The notes: generated from the letters alone by a model not told the origin. A stretch of 64,000 nucleotides of DNA from Octopus sinensis (GCF_006345805.1 NC_043014.1:5766001-5830000); one strand, 5' to 3'. Numbered from the stretch's first letter, positions 36,661-50,804 are shown. Made by a program: numbers and translations.

Positions 36661-37507
36661 AGAAGAAATGAGGTAATCAGAAGATCGGATGGATTATATT
36701 TACAGATATTTATTTATATATTACATTTTTTATATATATCATTTAGATCATTAGCGCTTTCTCCCATTCTAGTGGGGTTTTCAAATCAAAATAAGTTACT
36801 TTGTGGGGAATTTTAATCATTTTATAGAGTTTCGTAGTGGTGGGGAGGAATATAAGACAGTACAAGAGGGTGATGTGGATGAGGAGAAAGTGAGAGAGAG
36901 AACATGTGTGTATGTGTATGTGTATGCGTATATGTGTGTGTGTGTTTGTATCTGAGGTTCGTGCTAAAGAGAAAGAGGGGCAGGGAGAGGGAAGAAGAAG
37001 GAAAGAATTTTTTTGATCTGCTGGACAGAATATTGACTCCAAGGGGGTTCTAAGAATTTCAGCTTTGACCACTTCACAGTGTCAAAGAGTGTGTGGTGGC
37101 GGGGAGGTAGGCCATAATTTATATTTCCTTTTATCATTGTGAGAATGGTCAAATGCTTTTTTGGGTTTAAGAATTCTTTCCACTTTTTATGATCGTTTTG
37201 TGGAGGTGTGTGTGTGTGTGTCTGTGTGTGTGTCTATGTGTGTGTCTGTGTGTGTGTCCGTGTGTGTTTGTCTGTATGTGTGTGTGTGTGTGTGTCTGTG
37301 TGATCGCTTCCGTTGAACACGCCGGGTCTCAACCCATACCCGGGCTCGTAATACTGAGTGGGTCATCCCGAAGTAGCGAAAAAGCCCACTCCGCGGAATG
37401 ACCGGCCGGGGCTTCCTGCGGCATGCGAACCGGCCGCCCGGCGCCGGAGGAGAGGATAGAAGGGACCGTCGCCCGAGATCCGTTACCGCGTTGAAGGCCG
37501 GGTATGC

Positions 37508-37539
<32 letters not shown>

Positions 37540-38799
37540 GCATATATACACATATATATATATGCATATATATAGATGCACATATACATATATATATATA
37601 TGCATATATACATATATATATATGCAATATATATATATTCATATAGATATATTTGCCTATATATATATATATATGCGACTTCGTAGCGATACCTTACAGT
37701 CATTTATCTGAGAAATACTCCACACACACCAACACGCATGAATGATTACCTACAGGTAGTTAGTTGGGTGGTGTACATTTTGTGATATTTCTGAAGCAGA
37801 TGATTAATACCTTTTATAAGACGAGAACGTTAAACTGGATAGGAACCTGTTGATGCGCATTCAGGGCCAACGCAATGGTACATATGGAAGTTATTTTTGT
37901 TGTTGTTGTTGTTGTTGGTAAACCCGTCATGCATTTTCTGTCCTTTTATGAATCCGAATTGTTAGATTAAAACCGCATAAATTATTACGTGGTTCTCGAT
38001 TTTCTGCAGGATGATATACATATATATATATATATATATACCTTTATATATAATTGTGCTTATATGTTAGCATTTTGTCAGTTACGTGTGAATTCCGGCG
38101 GTAAGCCATATACCAGCTTTAAACACACACAACCATAATCATCTTTCCCCTCCAGTCACACTACCACCGAGCACTTCTCAGGACGCACACCACATACCAT
38201 TATCCGCACACACTCACACAATCTTTAATAGCAGCTCCACACATGCCACTATACAGGTAGTCACGCACATTGTTTCACCCAGTACACACGCCATAATGCA
38301 CACTACTGCACCCAGACAGGCGCATAACACATGAATACAGACAATGCATATACACAAACACGCAACGCACATAACCACACGCAGTATGCATACGCACCGA
38401 CAAATTTCGCCCTCAATACATAATCAATACACATGCACACTATTTGGTCATTGGCACATACATACACAAGTACAGGCTCCACCTGAACAAGGTCACATCA
38501 CATTCTACACACAACACGCTCACGTTAATCCCACACACACACACACACGTCCATATGCATACTAACACAGATACACATTTTCATTCGAACACGCACACAC
38601 ATATACACCCAGACACGCTCATACATAACTACCCACACGCTGCCATTCACATATACACCCTCACACACACCACTCACACACACTTGAGCACCTTAGTTCG
38701 TTTGGATTACAGTTACACTTGTTATTTTCATACACCCTCAACAAATTAGACTGCTGGAAAAGAAATAATCTTAGCATCGATTTACAACAAGCAATCTCA

Positions 38800-40260
38800 G
38801 ATGCAAAGAGGCCTCCAAAGTAGGTCCCTAACCTGTATCTAATGAAACTGTTTTCTAGAGCCGTACGAATCTGGGTTTTATACCCGTTTCCTCTCCCCAT
38901 CTCTTCTCATCTTTCAGGATAGTTCCCAATACACCTCTAAGTACTCCAATATATTTTCCTCTCAAATAGAGACAACAGAAAGGCCAGGTCCTCGTACTTT
39001 ACTCTTCTTTCTATACTTCTCCTATTAATGTTTTCATTATTTGGGACTTAAAAGTCAATTGTGTGGACACTTTCTATTCTCTTTATCTACTAATACTAAA
39101 TCAGGCCTTCAGGCTTCAATTACTGTGTAGGTCTGAATGTTAAAGACCCACACTATATTATATCTCTTACATTCTACTAATTTACTAGGTTCATGTTCAT
39201 ACCAGTTATCACCATGTTCATTCTACTAATTTACTAGGTTCATGTTCATACCAGTTATCACTATGTTCAAATAGTAGCTTTCTACATAGCTTCCGGTGGG
39301 TTATCTCCCTAGATTATCATGTCTTTTCTACAATTCCTTCTGTACCAGCATGCAACATTCACTTACCAAAGGATTAACGCTTTCCTCTTTTGATTTCCGT
39401 AAACTTCATTGGGAATCTACTTTGTTTTTGTCTATTTTGGCCATTATCAAATTAGTCCTCCATGCTTGATCTTATGCCGCTACTAACAAACTTTGTCTTC
39501 CGCTCCAGCTTTCCTTTCTGCAAACATGACCATCTCCCAGTACTACAATTTGATGCTACTATCTTTGGGAATCTACCATGCATAGGAGTCTATATCTAAT
39601 CAAGGTAACTCCAAAAAGTCTCCTATTGATACTAACCCTCTTCCGCCTTCCTTTCTGTGTTGATATAATCTTACTACTCCTGCCTTTGTGTGGAGTCATC
39701 CATCTGTCTAAATTTGCAAATACAGTTTTTGTCTAATCTACAAAAGCTGCTGAGTATCTAAGTAATGAGACTGCCTAAGTAAACACGGCCTTCACTACAT
39801 TTGGACTATTTACCTTTGCCTTCATTAGCTTCCTCACCTTCCGATGTACCCCTTCTCCATTTTCGTTTACATTTCTGTATTTAGTACCCAGATTCTAATA
39901 CTACTAGATACTTACAGCTCTCTCCTCCTTCCAATCCTTTAAAGGTCTGGACATCTGTTAATTGGACGTCTTCACTGTTGACTATCTGCCCCTTCTCATA
40001 ACTAATATCTATGCCAAATTCCATGCCTATATCGTTGTTGAAGTGTCTTACAGTCTGTATTATAAATGTAACGTTTTTTTCACTCTTACTAAATGCCAAC
40101 AGATCCTCCATGTGGAGCAATTGGTTAATTTGTCGCTTATTAATTCTGAACTGACAGCCTGCCATTGTCTTATATTATTACTATTATTATATGTTTGCTA
40201 CCTTTCATTGGGGCTCTATTTCCAGTTTTGGGGCTATTTTTCCCAAGCATTAAACTAATA
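38800..40260 (-). mobile_element. Degenerate R4/Dong-clade non-LTR retrotransposon (RT + restriction-like endonuclease)
   Basis: INQLLHMEDL...DIGMEFGID, RLYQHRKEGGRGLVSI, VWVFNIQTYTVIEA*RPDLVLVDK, KYEDLA: R4-type motifs with many stops. Confidence 0.8.
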
Positions 40261-40329
40261 CATCTGCCCGTTGTTCCTACGCCTGTCTTTGTCATTTGCT
40301 CTGTGTAAATTTAAGCTGTATATATATAT

Positions 40330-40364
<35 letters not shown>

Positions 40365-40514
40365 TAATATATATATATGTGTGTGTGTTGTGTGTGTGGT
40401 GTGCGTGTGTGTGTGTATGTATGTATGTGTGTGTGTATGTATGTATGTATGGAAATATGTCAAGGTAGAAGATGCTAAAATAATTTTACAAAAAACATTT
40501 CTGTACCGGTTTCT

Positions 40515-40850
40515 GAAGAAGAAGAAGAAGAAGAAGAAGAAGAAGAAGAAGAAGAAGAAGAAGAAGAAGAAGAAGAAGAAGAAGAAGAATGCGGGAGTGC
40601 CATGATAGTAGTATGTTAAATGGTCAAGTGCCCTGAAAGTGACCCGTTGTGGATGGTAGTAGTGTTTGGGACTGTTTTTGAAAAAACAGTTTTTTTTTCA
40701 AAACAGTCCCAATCGCTGCTATAATCCATAACGAGGCACATTTAGGTCAATTGACCATTTAACACGCTACTACTATCACACTACCTGCATTCCTTCTTAT
40801 TCTCCCTTCTCATTCTCCTTCTTCTTCTTCGTCTTCTTCCTCTCCACCAA
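40515..40850. repeat. (GAA)n tract, imperfect palindrome 40587-40792, then a (CTT)-rich tract
   Basis: GAATGC...GATAGTAGTATGTTAAATGGTCAA mirrored by TTGACCATTTAACACGCTACTACTATC...GCATTC; centre GGGACTGTTTT...AAAACAGTCCC. Confidence 0.75.
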
Positions 40851-42103
40851 CTCCTTCCTAACTTTACTACTATTGCTGTTTAGAGTAACACCTAGGCAAA
40901 CTTTATAAACAAAACATTCAGAAGTGATGTCTCAAGAATTCAGTCACTAAAAACTGCATGGCTGCAGTTTAATGACTGGAAATATGTACAGGTGTGGTTT
41001 CATTTATTATTCTAGTTGAAGAGCATTTAGGACGTATCTGAGTGGTATGAGATCCGAATATAAGGTGTGGGAAGTTTATGTAAATATAGGTTAAAAATTG
41101 TCACTGAGAGGACAAATAGTCATATTCCAGTCGAATTTTCAAGACTATTTTCCGTGTAAAGTCCATAGACATAACAGCCTTATATGTATTTAGCTAAGCA
41201 GCATTCTGCGGTGTTTCCTAAGTGGATGTGAAAAGTTATTCATGGGATGGTAACGGAGAATTGAGCGGAAAGATCTGCGGATGTTGATTTTGTTAGAGTT
41301 GTACATGTGGGCGTAATTCTTTTGTTGTTGTAGCCATTATATATTTCATGATAAGTTTGTAAAGTAGTGTGGTGCTTCAGTGAGTTTGTCTTAGTTTGTA
41401 TTATGAATCCGAGTGATTCTTTGAAAAGCCATACGTCTGAGATGGTGGCGCCAGTACGAGACTTGCTTGAATTTTTAAAGTTGTGCGTGAACAGTTGATA
41501 TCTTTCTGTGATGGTACTTCATTCTAAGGTTTGGTGTATTTGAGACAGTAAAGAAATTCCTGTTAAACTAAATATCATTTTATTTTAAGATTTAAATGTT
41601 ATGCAAAGAACCTTACACCATGATTCTTGGACTATTCGCCCAGGTTTACATTGTTATGCTTTCATATTTCTCACAGTCTATCATGTGTTTTTGTTTTTTC
41701 GTTTCTTTTTCAACATTTTCTGAAGGCAAGTATAACAAATTATGACTGTGGCAATGGCTCACCAATTAAGCTGAATACTTTGTTGTCCAACCAGTGTAAC
41801 TTCATAGCAACAGCAGGTTCTCGTATAAAACAGACATCGCACAGAATATTATGGTCATGATGGGATTTAGCGTTAATGAAAGAAATGATTGTATTAGTCG
41901 TGTATAAGTTTAATTGATATTTACTACGATATATAGTTGCGGCTTTTTCTAGCTCCGTTGTTAAAGAATAGGCACGAATATATATGAAGTAAGACAAGCT
42001 GAATATGAAATAAGATAAGCATTGTTTCAAAGCAGGCCCTGAAAAGGAACTTTCAACATTCAGATTGCGATGGTAAAGGACAATGATGAGCTTACGCATG
42101 ATT

Positions 42104-42181
<78 letters not shown>

Positions 42182-42659
42182 TGTGTGTTTGTGTGTGCGG
42201 CTTTAACGACAAAAGCTCATTAAAAGTCGAACAGTATAAAATCTATTGATGTATTGTACACAAGAGATTTGGGGTTTAGATTTTCTTTGTTCTGGTGACG
42301 TAAATAAAGGTCGCATGTTCCGTATTACTGTCTCTGGGATAAGAAATATTTTATTGCCTTTCTAAATAAACAGACGTTTCCTTATACGATATCGGAATGG
42401 AGAGGAATAGACAACAGGATGACGCAGACAAAATTTGAAGGGCCTATGGATCCCCCTAATTTTACTGTCCAATGGAAACCTTTATCATGGTCCAAACCAA
42501 TCAGTATATGACCTGAGAAGATATCCAAGCTGAGACTCTTTGTATAAAAATGTAATTTGTAACTTTGGCTTGTAATACTAGAATGACCAGTTTGTTAATT
42601 TGGTGTCACGGTTTCTATGCGAGACAAATACATTCTGGATTTCGTTACTTACATATAAG

Positions 42660-43105
42660 CCTACATCCATCCATCCATCCATCCATCCATCCATCCATTC
42701 ATACATACATACATACATGCATGCATATATACATACTTACATACATACGTACATACATACATATATACATACATACGTACATACATACATACATACATAC
42801 ATACATAATACATACATTCATACATGCATACATACATACATACATACATACATACGTACATACATACATACATACCTACATACATGCATACATACATACA
42901 TACGTACATACATACATAATACATACATACATACATACGTACATACATACATAATACATACATACATACATACATACATACATACATACATACATGTATA
43001 CATACATACATACATACATACATACATACATACATAATACATACATACATACATACATACATACATACATACATACATACATACATACATACGTACATAC
43101 ATACA
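42660..43105. repeat. (TCCA)n/(TACA)n microsatellite
   Basis: Direct inspection. Confidence 0.95.
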
Positions 43106-43106
43106 T

Positions 43107-43570
43107 AAAGTTCAACATGTTCGACAGTGAGGGCAGGAAGTATGTAAGAAGGCATATAGGCGAAGAATATAATCCAGAATGCGTCTAACGTACAATTAAG
43201 TACGGTGGTGGACGCTTGATGGTATGGGGTGCATGTCTGCAAAAGCGTTGGTCCTATGACCCGAATCAAAGGCATTATGGATACTAAGTCCTACCTAGAA
43301 ATATTGCATTAGACTGCTTTCATATGCCCGTAATTCATTTGGGCCGATCTTGGACTTTCTAGCATGACAACGACCCGAAACAACGTCGCACTTTGTCAGA
43401 GATTACATTAGGTCTAAGAGAGTACGGTTGATGCAGTGGCCGGCGCAGTGGCCAGAGCAGTGATCCGACTTAAACCCCATCGAAAATCTTTGGGAATGTT
43501 TGGCTAGAACTGTGCAAAGTAATAAGACAAAGAATAAGGATGATTTTTTTTTCATTATTAGCCAAAATTG
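43107..43570 (+). mobile_element. Tc1-family (DD34E) transposase remnant
   Basis: KFNMFDSEGRKYVRRHIGEEYNPECV*RTIKYGGGRLMVWGAC; HDNDPK; WPAQ..(S)DLNPIENLW, with frameshifts. Confidence 0.85.
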
Positions 43571-44710
43571 GGTAAAATATCTCAGGAACAATGAAAAATT
43601 ATCGCAAAAATTCTATTTCAGAGATGCAAAGATATACTCTTGAAAATATTCGTAATCCAGGGAAGTGAATCCGGATTTAACCATCAGAATAATTACTTCG
43701 GGATTGTAAACACTAAGTAATCTTGTTAGCCTTCGTTTATCTGAGAAATATTCGACACACTCCAACAGACAAACATGAATCCTATTGGATATAACGTGAC
43801 GGTCACAACATCTCAGCCTTCTTACACACAGCATCCGTGCTTGCCCTGACTATATTTGCTCTTTTCACTCTCACTTTTATGGGTGTTGTATTCGTTTCGC
43901 ATGAAATCTATTCAGCTTCTAGGATTCATCCTTTCTTCGAGTCTGGTATGTTTACGTAGATGAGTGAAAGAAATCGTCGTATTTGATGTTCTCTGCTGCT
44001 GAAATGATGCAATTTTTCTGGTTGATTTCCTTTCTTATTCTTGTATATCAGCGTTTAGTGTATGATGTGAGTGTTCTGTGCATAGAGTTTCATTTTGTCA
44101 TAATTTGTGGAGAGGTGGGAAAGTTGTGATTTAGATTTAGGTTATAAGTTATGACGTAAGAATGGAACGGAAAGCTTTTCTGATTAATAAAGGCAAATAA
44201 AATGGTTTGTGTAGAAGTAACTGGTTGTTGTTGTTGAAACGATCATGTGTTTTATGTGTTAAATAATGTTGTGGTTCATGGTCCTTTTCCGAATCCGAGG
44301 TGTAATTTCAAAAGCAAGACGTCTGAGATAGTAGCGTCAAGTATTAGATTTTCTAAGGCTGTGAAAAAGAAGCTGATATATTTCTATGCTGGTACTATAT
44401 TTAGGGTTTTCTGAATAATGAGACACAAGACAAAATACTGTTAAACGAAATAGCATTTTATTTTAACATTAACTTTGATATATTGAAATCTTATAAACTA
44501 TTATCTAGAATTGTTACGACAGATTTAGATTTTTTCCTCAGGAAATTTCTGCCTTTCTACGTCGCCTCTTTTGTATGGTTTTTAATATATTCTGATATAC
44601 CAGTTTCTTTTAACGATAGACATACTTGAAAGAAAATATTAGGTAAAAATTTATAAAATTTCTTGTAATTCACAGAAATATATTTATATGGAACTGAATT
44701 TAATTTCTGT

Positions 44711-45210
44711 TCAATATTTACTGCACACAACGCAGGATAATTCTTGACCTCCGACATACGGTGGACATGGCAATGAACCACAAGAAGCCTGTACAAAATA
44801 TAATATGGCTCCGTCTTCGTTTCTGTAACCTGCTGGATCAGCTTCTGGTGCATGATCCACACACACATATTCTAGCCGGCCCTTTTTTTGGTGATGACTG
44901 GACATCAAATATCCTGAATATTCAGTTGCCCAACCTTCGTAACACTGTGTCCTGGCTGGTAACATCATAACAACAGCAGGTTGTTGTGTCAAACAGACAG
45001 CGCACGGAACGTTGTGATTATTAAGTGATTTAGCGTTAGCAAAAGAAAAGAGTTTATTAGTTGGGTATAAATCTAATTGATATTCAGTGCCTTGAATCCA
45101 ACCTCCATCTTCATGTTTTGTTGTATAATTGGCCCAAATGGGGTCGTTAGGTAGACATAAGAGATTACTTCCGCCACCTGGGTTGTCGTACCATTCTCCA
45201 CCAGCCACAC
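44711..45210 (-). CDS. Gene copy C exon 4 (C4-like / spongin NC1-related domain), intact
   Basis: Acceptor TTCTAG at 45211; G-VAGGEWYDNPGGGSNLLCLP...HNVPCAVC...CYEGWATEYSGYLM...CVD...CGSLPCPPY...CVVCSKY-TGA. Confidence 0.92.
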
Positions 45211-46835
45211 CTAGAATTGGTAAGAATATATCGAGTAAAAAAGATATTAAGCAAAATTATATATGAAATAACGGAAACATTCATAACAGTTTGACCCTTA
45301 AAAGAATTAATGTTTAGCCACGTGTGAACGAATTGTGGTGTATATATGTTAGTGTAAGCTCTGTGCGTATGAGTTCGCAGCTGTGCGTTTGTCTTCTCTT
45401 CATGTGTGTATATGTTGTGTGTGTGTGTGTGTGTGTGTGAGTGTGTGTGTGTGTACGATTAGGTAGTCGTGGCTGTGTTGTGTATTATTATGTATGTTTG
45501 CATGGGGTAGATGTTTGTGTGTGGATGTCAATAAACGGTGAAAGGAAAGCGATTTTGTAACGCATGTGGTCGTGATTTCCCGAAATGGAAAAGATGTCGT
45601 TCACGTTTGTACGGGAAAATTGTTGGTGATGGGAATTGCATGTGGTTCGAGTAGAACAATACAAGAGACGGCGAGATGCAGAGAACTGGTGGGTAAGAGG
45701 GGATGAAATACTGTTTAGTCGACCATAAGGGGGTGGCTGGCTATATCCATCGGTTTGTCTCGGACGAGTCAGGCCTACCACGAGACGGGCCTACCACATA
45801 CTATAATATTATGATCACACAGATTTTATTTCATGCAAAGCATCAACTGAGGTGGGGTGAATTTTGAAGCTCATTGATGGCGTAGTGCTTAAGAAGAATG
45901 GACAGTGATGTCGGTGACTGATAAAGGACATGTGTAGGGTTTATAGGGAGCAGATTCACAAAGGATGCCAGGTTGGTTGGAGAAGATGTAGGAAGCAGTA
46001 TCTTTGAATTGGAAGTTCCGGCGTTACCTTACAAAGATACACTGGACAATTAATGAGGGGAGGTGGCGCATGAAAACAGAAAGGTTTCAGGGACAGGACG
46101 ATTTCGGTAAGGCGAGAAGAATAGAAGTGCAATATGTACTCACTTGGGTTCTCTCAGTGATACTTAGTCCCTCCATATTATTCTTAATAAATACAGCCCT
46201 TAATTAGCTTTGTCCATTAGTTACAGTGTGTGGTTTTTCCAGTCCACATTGTACATTCTGCGTTCATTTCATTAACCCTATACACTCATTCATCAATTCT
46301 AATTAGACCTTGTTCAATTTAGTCTATAACAACAAGCAATAGACATTCTAGTTAAGGATAGTCAAGTGGACACTTTTCAGCTCTGGTCACTCACGTACTA
46401 TACCACCATCCGTAGCCAGTACACTTGATCACCAGTTAGCAGCCTTAGTATTTGATATCTACATTCCATACAAGTCAGCCAGGAGTCCTTGATCGCTATA
46501 CTGGATTCCAGTCTAGTCCCTATCTATAATTTAACGTAGAGATATCAATATTCTGTAGTTAGACAACAATCTTTTCACCTGGTCCATAGTAGACAACATT
46601 TAAATTCTGATTTGACCAAATACCTTCAAAGGAGTGAGCAGTCTTGTGCAGTCTCTATAGGGTCTATAGGTATCGTTTCAAACGTGATATATCACATGAT
46701 TTGCTTGAGTGTGCGTGCGTGCGTATGAGAAACGGAAAGAGAGGGGACGAAACAAAGAGAAAATGAGAGGAATAAAAAGAGAAGAAGAGAAAGATAAAGA
46801 GAGAAAGAGAGGACAGAAGTATAGTTTATACTAAC

Positions 46836-46910
46836 CGTCATATACAAGGTTTGAATTAGGAGGACAAGTAGTTCTGCCCCACCGGGTATACAATGATCCG
46901 TGACCGGGTT
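46836..46910 (-). CDS. Gene copy C exon 3 (75 nt)
   Basis: TTTCACAG acceptor and GTTAGT donor; (K)PGHGSLYTRWGRTTCPPNSNLVYD(G); final G plus GT of exon 4 gives Gly in frame. Confidence 0.9.
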
Positions 46911-47240
46911 CTGTGAAATTTAAAATGAAACAATTTAGTTTAAAAGAAAGAATTCTTGAATCCTATACAAAGGAAGTTGTTGGCTTGGAAGGAATTGATA
47001 GAGAGGAGAGAAATTTAGAATTTAAGAGAAAAAGAATGAGTGAATGAATGAAAATCAGAATGAAAGAAGTAAATGATTCGCTAAGAATAAATTTTAAACG
47101 AAGAAAATTAGTCATTTGTCTATTGAGCCTGTTGTTGACGTTGATGTCAACGAATTGAGAGATTAATCTCAGAATATCAGAAAGTGTATTTGTCTTCCTT
47201 AAGAACGGATGTTTGTTTTGTAGTTGAACTTGGATGAGAG

Positions 47241-47302
<62 letters not shown>

Positions 47303-47729
47303 GACCATAAAAATGATGAAGTTCTTCTTTTATAGATATGTTGGCCATATTATCAATTCTTGGCACCTGATTGGTCAATTACAAATATCAGCTTGGTGTT
47401 TGGCGCGAAGAGAGTCCGTTTCCTGCCAGAAGACTAGTATGGCCACGCAATTAAGTTGTGTGACGCCATTCCAGCCAATCAATACTTCTTGCGGTTATCA
47501 GCGCCAAAGTGTGCACGGAAGTCTCCTTGTAAGACAAATGACTTTACCCCAAATATATCCAAAGCTGCAGTGACTTTGTTAAGGAAGCATTTATATAACA
47601 GGCAGCGTTTTGTATCGTCCGGTCTTGACAGTCTAATTCTTAATTATGAACGGTTGATCCCTTCTGGACCTGCTTCGGGGTCCTAGAACACGCATATTTT
47701 GTAATCCCTCCCCATGCATCCTAGATTAA

Positions 47730-49340
47730 GTTAGGTGGAGACTGCAATATATTTCCCGAATCGTCTCCTCCAATCAAGATCCGGAGGTGACTGCTTTTAT
47801 CCCACTCGATGGATGACGCGGTATGGCTATTCCTTGGAGCCCGTAGCGTACTGTATGTATATGCAGCAAACACCGAGGTCAAATACAAATCAATCCTAGG
47901 CAAATTCACCTCAGCTTGAGAGATATTTGGGGTAAAGTCATTTGTCCTGCAAGGAGACTTCAGTGCACACCTTGGCACTGATAACCGTGAGAAGGATTGA
48001 TTGGAAGGAATGTCGTCAGTGAAATTAATGGAGAGGTCATAGCAGCCTTCTGTGCAGGATACACACTCTCCACTCTATGGTATAGATATTATTTTAAGAC
48101 AGGGATATTTAAAAGGGTTCCTGGTATAGAAATACTTGGTGACAGAGGTTTGTGATAGTGTTCGGTCATCTTTCACTCTTTGATGAACGTTCGGGTAAAA
48201 GGAGGGGAGGAGTTGTCAACTCGTCACTACCTAAATGTCTAAAAACCTGAAAATTCCTACAGTCTGCCGAACACTGGAAATTGGTAAGTCCAGTGCGACC
48301 TACAGAATACAGTTGGAAGACGCAGTGGATGCTGGGATCAGAAACAAAAATGTGGAGACATTTCCATCCAAATTGAGAGTGACCCTCCTGAATGAAGTTG
48401 AACATCGAAATGGATTCGTGATTGTATTATTATTTCCGTCAGGTTCTTCTTCGGTTGAACGCTTATTTGAGCTAAACTCACTTAAAATTGATAAAGCTGC
48501 TGGTGAAAAGCACGTTCGGCTTAATATTTTAGAAACCTTAAATACAGATGGTATTCTCTGAGTGTCCCATGTATGCTAGGAGGATGGGACCTCTGGAAAA
48601 AACACCAAGGCAATGGTAATATGGGGTGACAATCACAATTTTTTCAAACGGAGACCAAAGAGTGTGTTCTAATTATAGAAAAGTCTACACTAGATGTCAG
48701 GGAAATATATGTAGGGAAATTGTCGTGCCTAAGATTACCCTCCGAGATGCAGTACACCGGACCAGATAGTCATTTAAAGACAGATCTTCCAGCAAAATCT
48801 TGAAGCATTTCCAAGAGGAATACGCTGTAAACCACGGAAAGGCACACGATCACGTGCCCTGGGACATGTTGCGGATGGTTTACCAGGAAGGTGAGTTTAA
48901 TGGGAAATACTTGTTGCCATAAAGTACTTATATGGATGTTCAAATGTTTGTATTTATGTAAAAGTCGAAAGTTTTCAACGAGAAGTTTTCACTTAGTTGA
49001 AGTGTGCATTGTTAGTGCCCCTTCTCATATTCATTTTTGTGATCTGGTTGAATATGCACAGCCATTGTGGTAGAGGTATCCCAATTCATCTCTACCTGAT
49101 CGGTCGACTGTTATTTGTAGACGACAAGCTTCTACCTGATTCGTCTGATGGTCACGAACAACGTGCACTGAATTGGTTGGTTGCCGAGTACCCCAAGGCA
49201 GGATTGACAAATACGCACTGTGCAGGAAAGTGGAACATCATTATTTCGGGTCTCTATTCACGAATGATTGGAAAACAAGAGTGGACAGAATGCTGAATTG
49301 TAGATATAAACGCAGGTCTTGGTACAATTATCAACGTAGC
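47730..49340 (+). mobile_element. Degenerate RTE LINE in intron 2 of copy C (paralog of 16620-18410), with a small inverted fragment at about 47490-47580
   Basis: Colinear with the B copy; ORFs 48235 and 48997 match 17267 and 18028. Confidence 0.8.
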
Positions 49341-49576
49341 ACTGCATATATACTCATATACACACAATAAATGGCATTGTATATTAGAGTAACATTTTAT
49401 TTAGGAAATTATTGTAATGTAGAATATAGTTTGAAATAAATTCAGGCAAGTGTCTTAGTATATATTATTTTGGACATATGGATAGTATTGTGGAACTAGT
49501 TCAAAGTTGGTGAAATTATAAACCATTACTTAAGGAGACACGGGTAAAAGACTTTAGCTATAAAATTAGTTCTTAC

Positions 49577-49628
49577 TTGGTGTGTCATCAGGCTTATCGT
49601 CGAGAGATTTCTTGGAGATGAAACGGTT
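49577..49628 (-). CDS. Gene copy C exon 2 (52 nt)
   Basis: TTTTCACAG acceptor and GTAAGA donor; NRFISKKSLDDKPDDTP(K). Confidence 0.85.
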
Positions 49629-50412
49629 CTGTGAAAAAATAGAAATAGCATCATATAAATAGTACCTCAGGGTATTTATTATCGTTTAGAACTTAAAACA
49701 ATGCAATAGATGACAACATATTCGGACAGGTATCATTGCCAACACTACCATCTCAAACTCTTAGGAATCTTCTAGAAGGCGCTTCTGAACAATATCAGAG
49801 AATACAACTCTGCTTTTCAAATGACATCGTTTGGTGAATCTAAGAAGATAGATAAACATGAATTTACGCCGACGTCAATGTTCAAGGGCAAGTCTATCCC
49901 CTCATTGGTTCTCTGGTACCCGCGAATGAACAACCACAGTTCCTCCAAATTTACTCCATGAGTGATGTAGGACAACAAACCCGACGTGAGGTGTCAAAAT
50001 TTCCGATGATGGGTCGTGTTAGACACAGCGCACACTGCTGCAAAGGAGAGTATATCCACTGATAGCTTTTCGGTGCGTTCAAAATTCACACAAACCCCAC
50101 CTCCAATTTTGCATGAGAGTTTAGGGCCTGAAATACTCCAAACGGACGCATAGCATGTTGCTTAGTCGAATTATCCCAGCATTTACTCTACAAATATTTT
50201 GTTGTCAATGTTGCACTTTCCCATATCACCTGTTTCAAAAGGACTGGAATACATTATATACCCACTTTGCCATTTTAATCCCCAGCAATGCCGGGTATGT
50301 CTGCTAGTACACACACAGGAAGATATCTCCTCCAGCTGGCTATAGACACACTATCTGTGTCCTCTCAGTATTTGTGAAGGGGAGTCATCCTCCCCGTCTT
50401 CAACTCATGATA

Positions 50413-50457
50413 CACACGGACCCGAGTTTCAAGGTGTTTACCTATCATCAGCGTGTG
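50413..50457 (-). ncRNA. Type I hammerhead ribozyme, intact core, sense to the gene C pre-mRNA
   Basis: Reverse complement of 50760-50804. Confidence 0.75.
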
Positions 50458-50759
50458 ACAATCATGGTTGTCGACGAGAAGTCAGCTCCCTTCACAAATA
50501 CATATACTTTTTCCAGTGTCGATTGACACTGATATTGAAAAAGTGAAATCAAACAATGATAAATCTCAGAGCGAGTTATAAACAGTAGCGGTAACACAAC
50601 ATGACGCATATTTGCCATTTGAATATGGCTACTGTTTATAACTCGCTCTGAGATTTATCATTGTTTTATTTCACTTTTTCAATATCAGTGTCAATCGACA
50701 CTGGAAAAAGTATATGTATTTGTGAAGGGAGCTGACTTCTCGTCGACAACCATTATTGT

Positions 50760-50804
50760 CACACGCTGATGATAGGTAAACACCTTGAAACTCGGGTCCG
50801 TGTG
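50760..50804 (+). ncRNA. Type I hammerhead ribozyme, intact core
   Basis: cacacg-CTGATGA(50766)-t aggt aaac acct t-GAAA(50787)-ctcggg-TC-cgtgtg: 6-bp stem I, 4-bp stem II, short stem III; predicted cut after C50798. Confidence 0.75.

Noticed and set aside
37303-37312. ATCGCTTC start resembling the U2 snRNA 5' end
   Set aside because: Similarity ends after 8 nt; no branch-point recognition sequence or Sm site.
41740-42099. 119-aa ATG-initiated ORF
   Set aside because: No recognisable motif, no flanking splice sites identified, no paralog; compatible with chance in this sequence.
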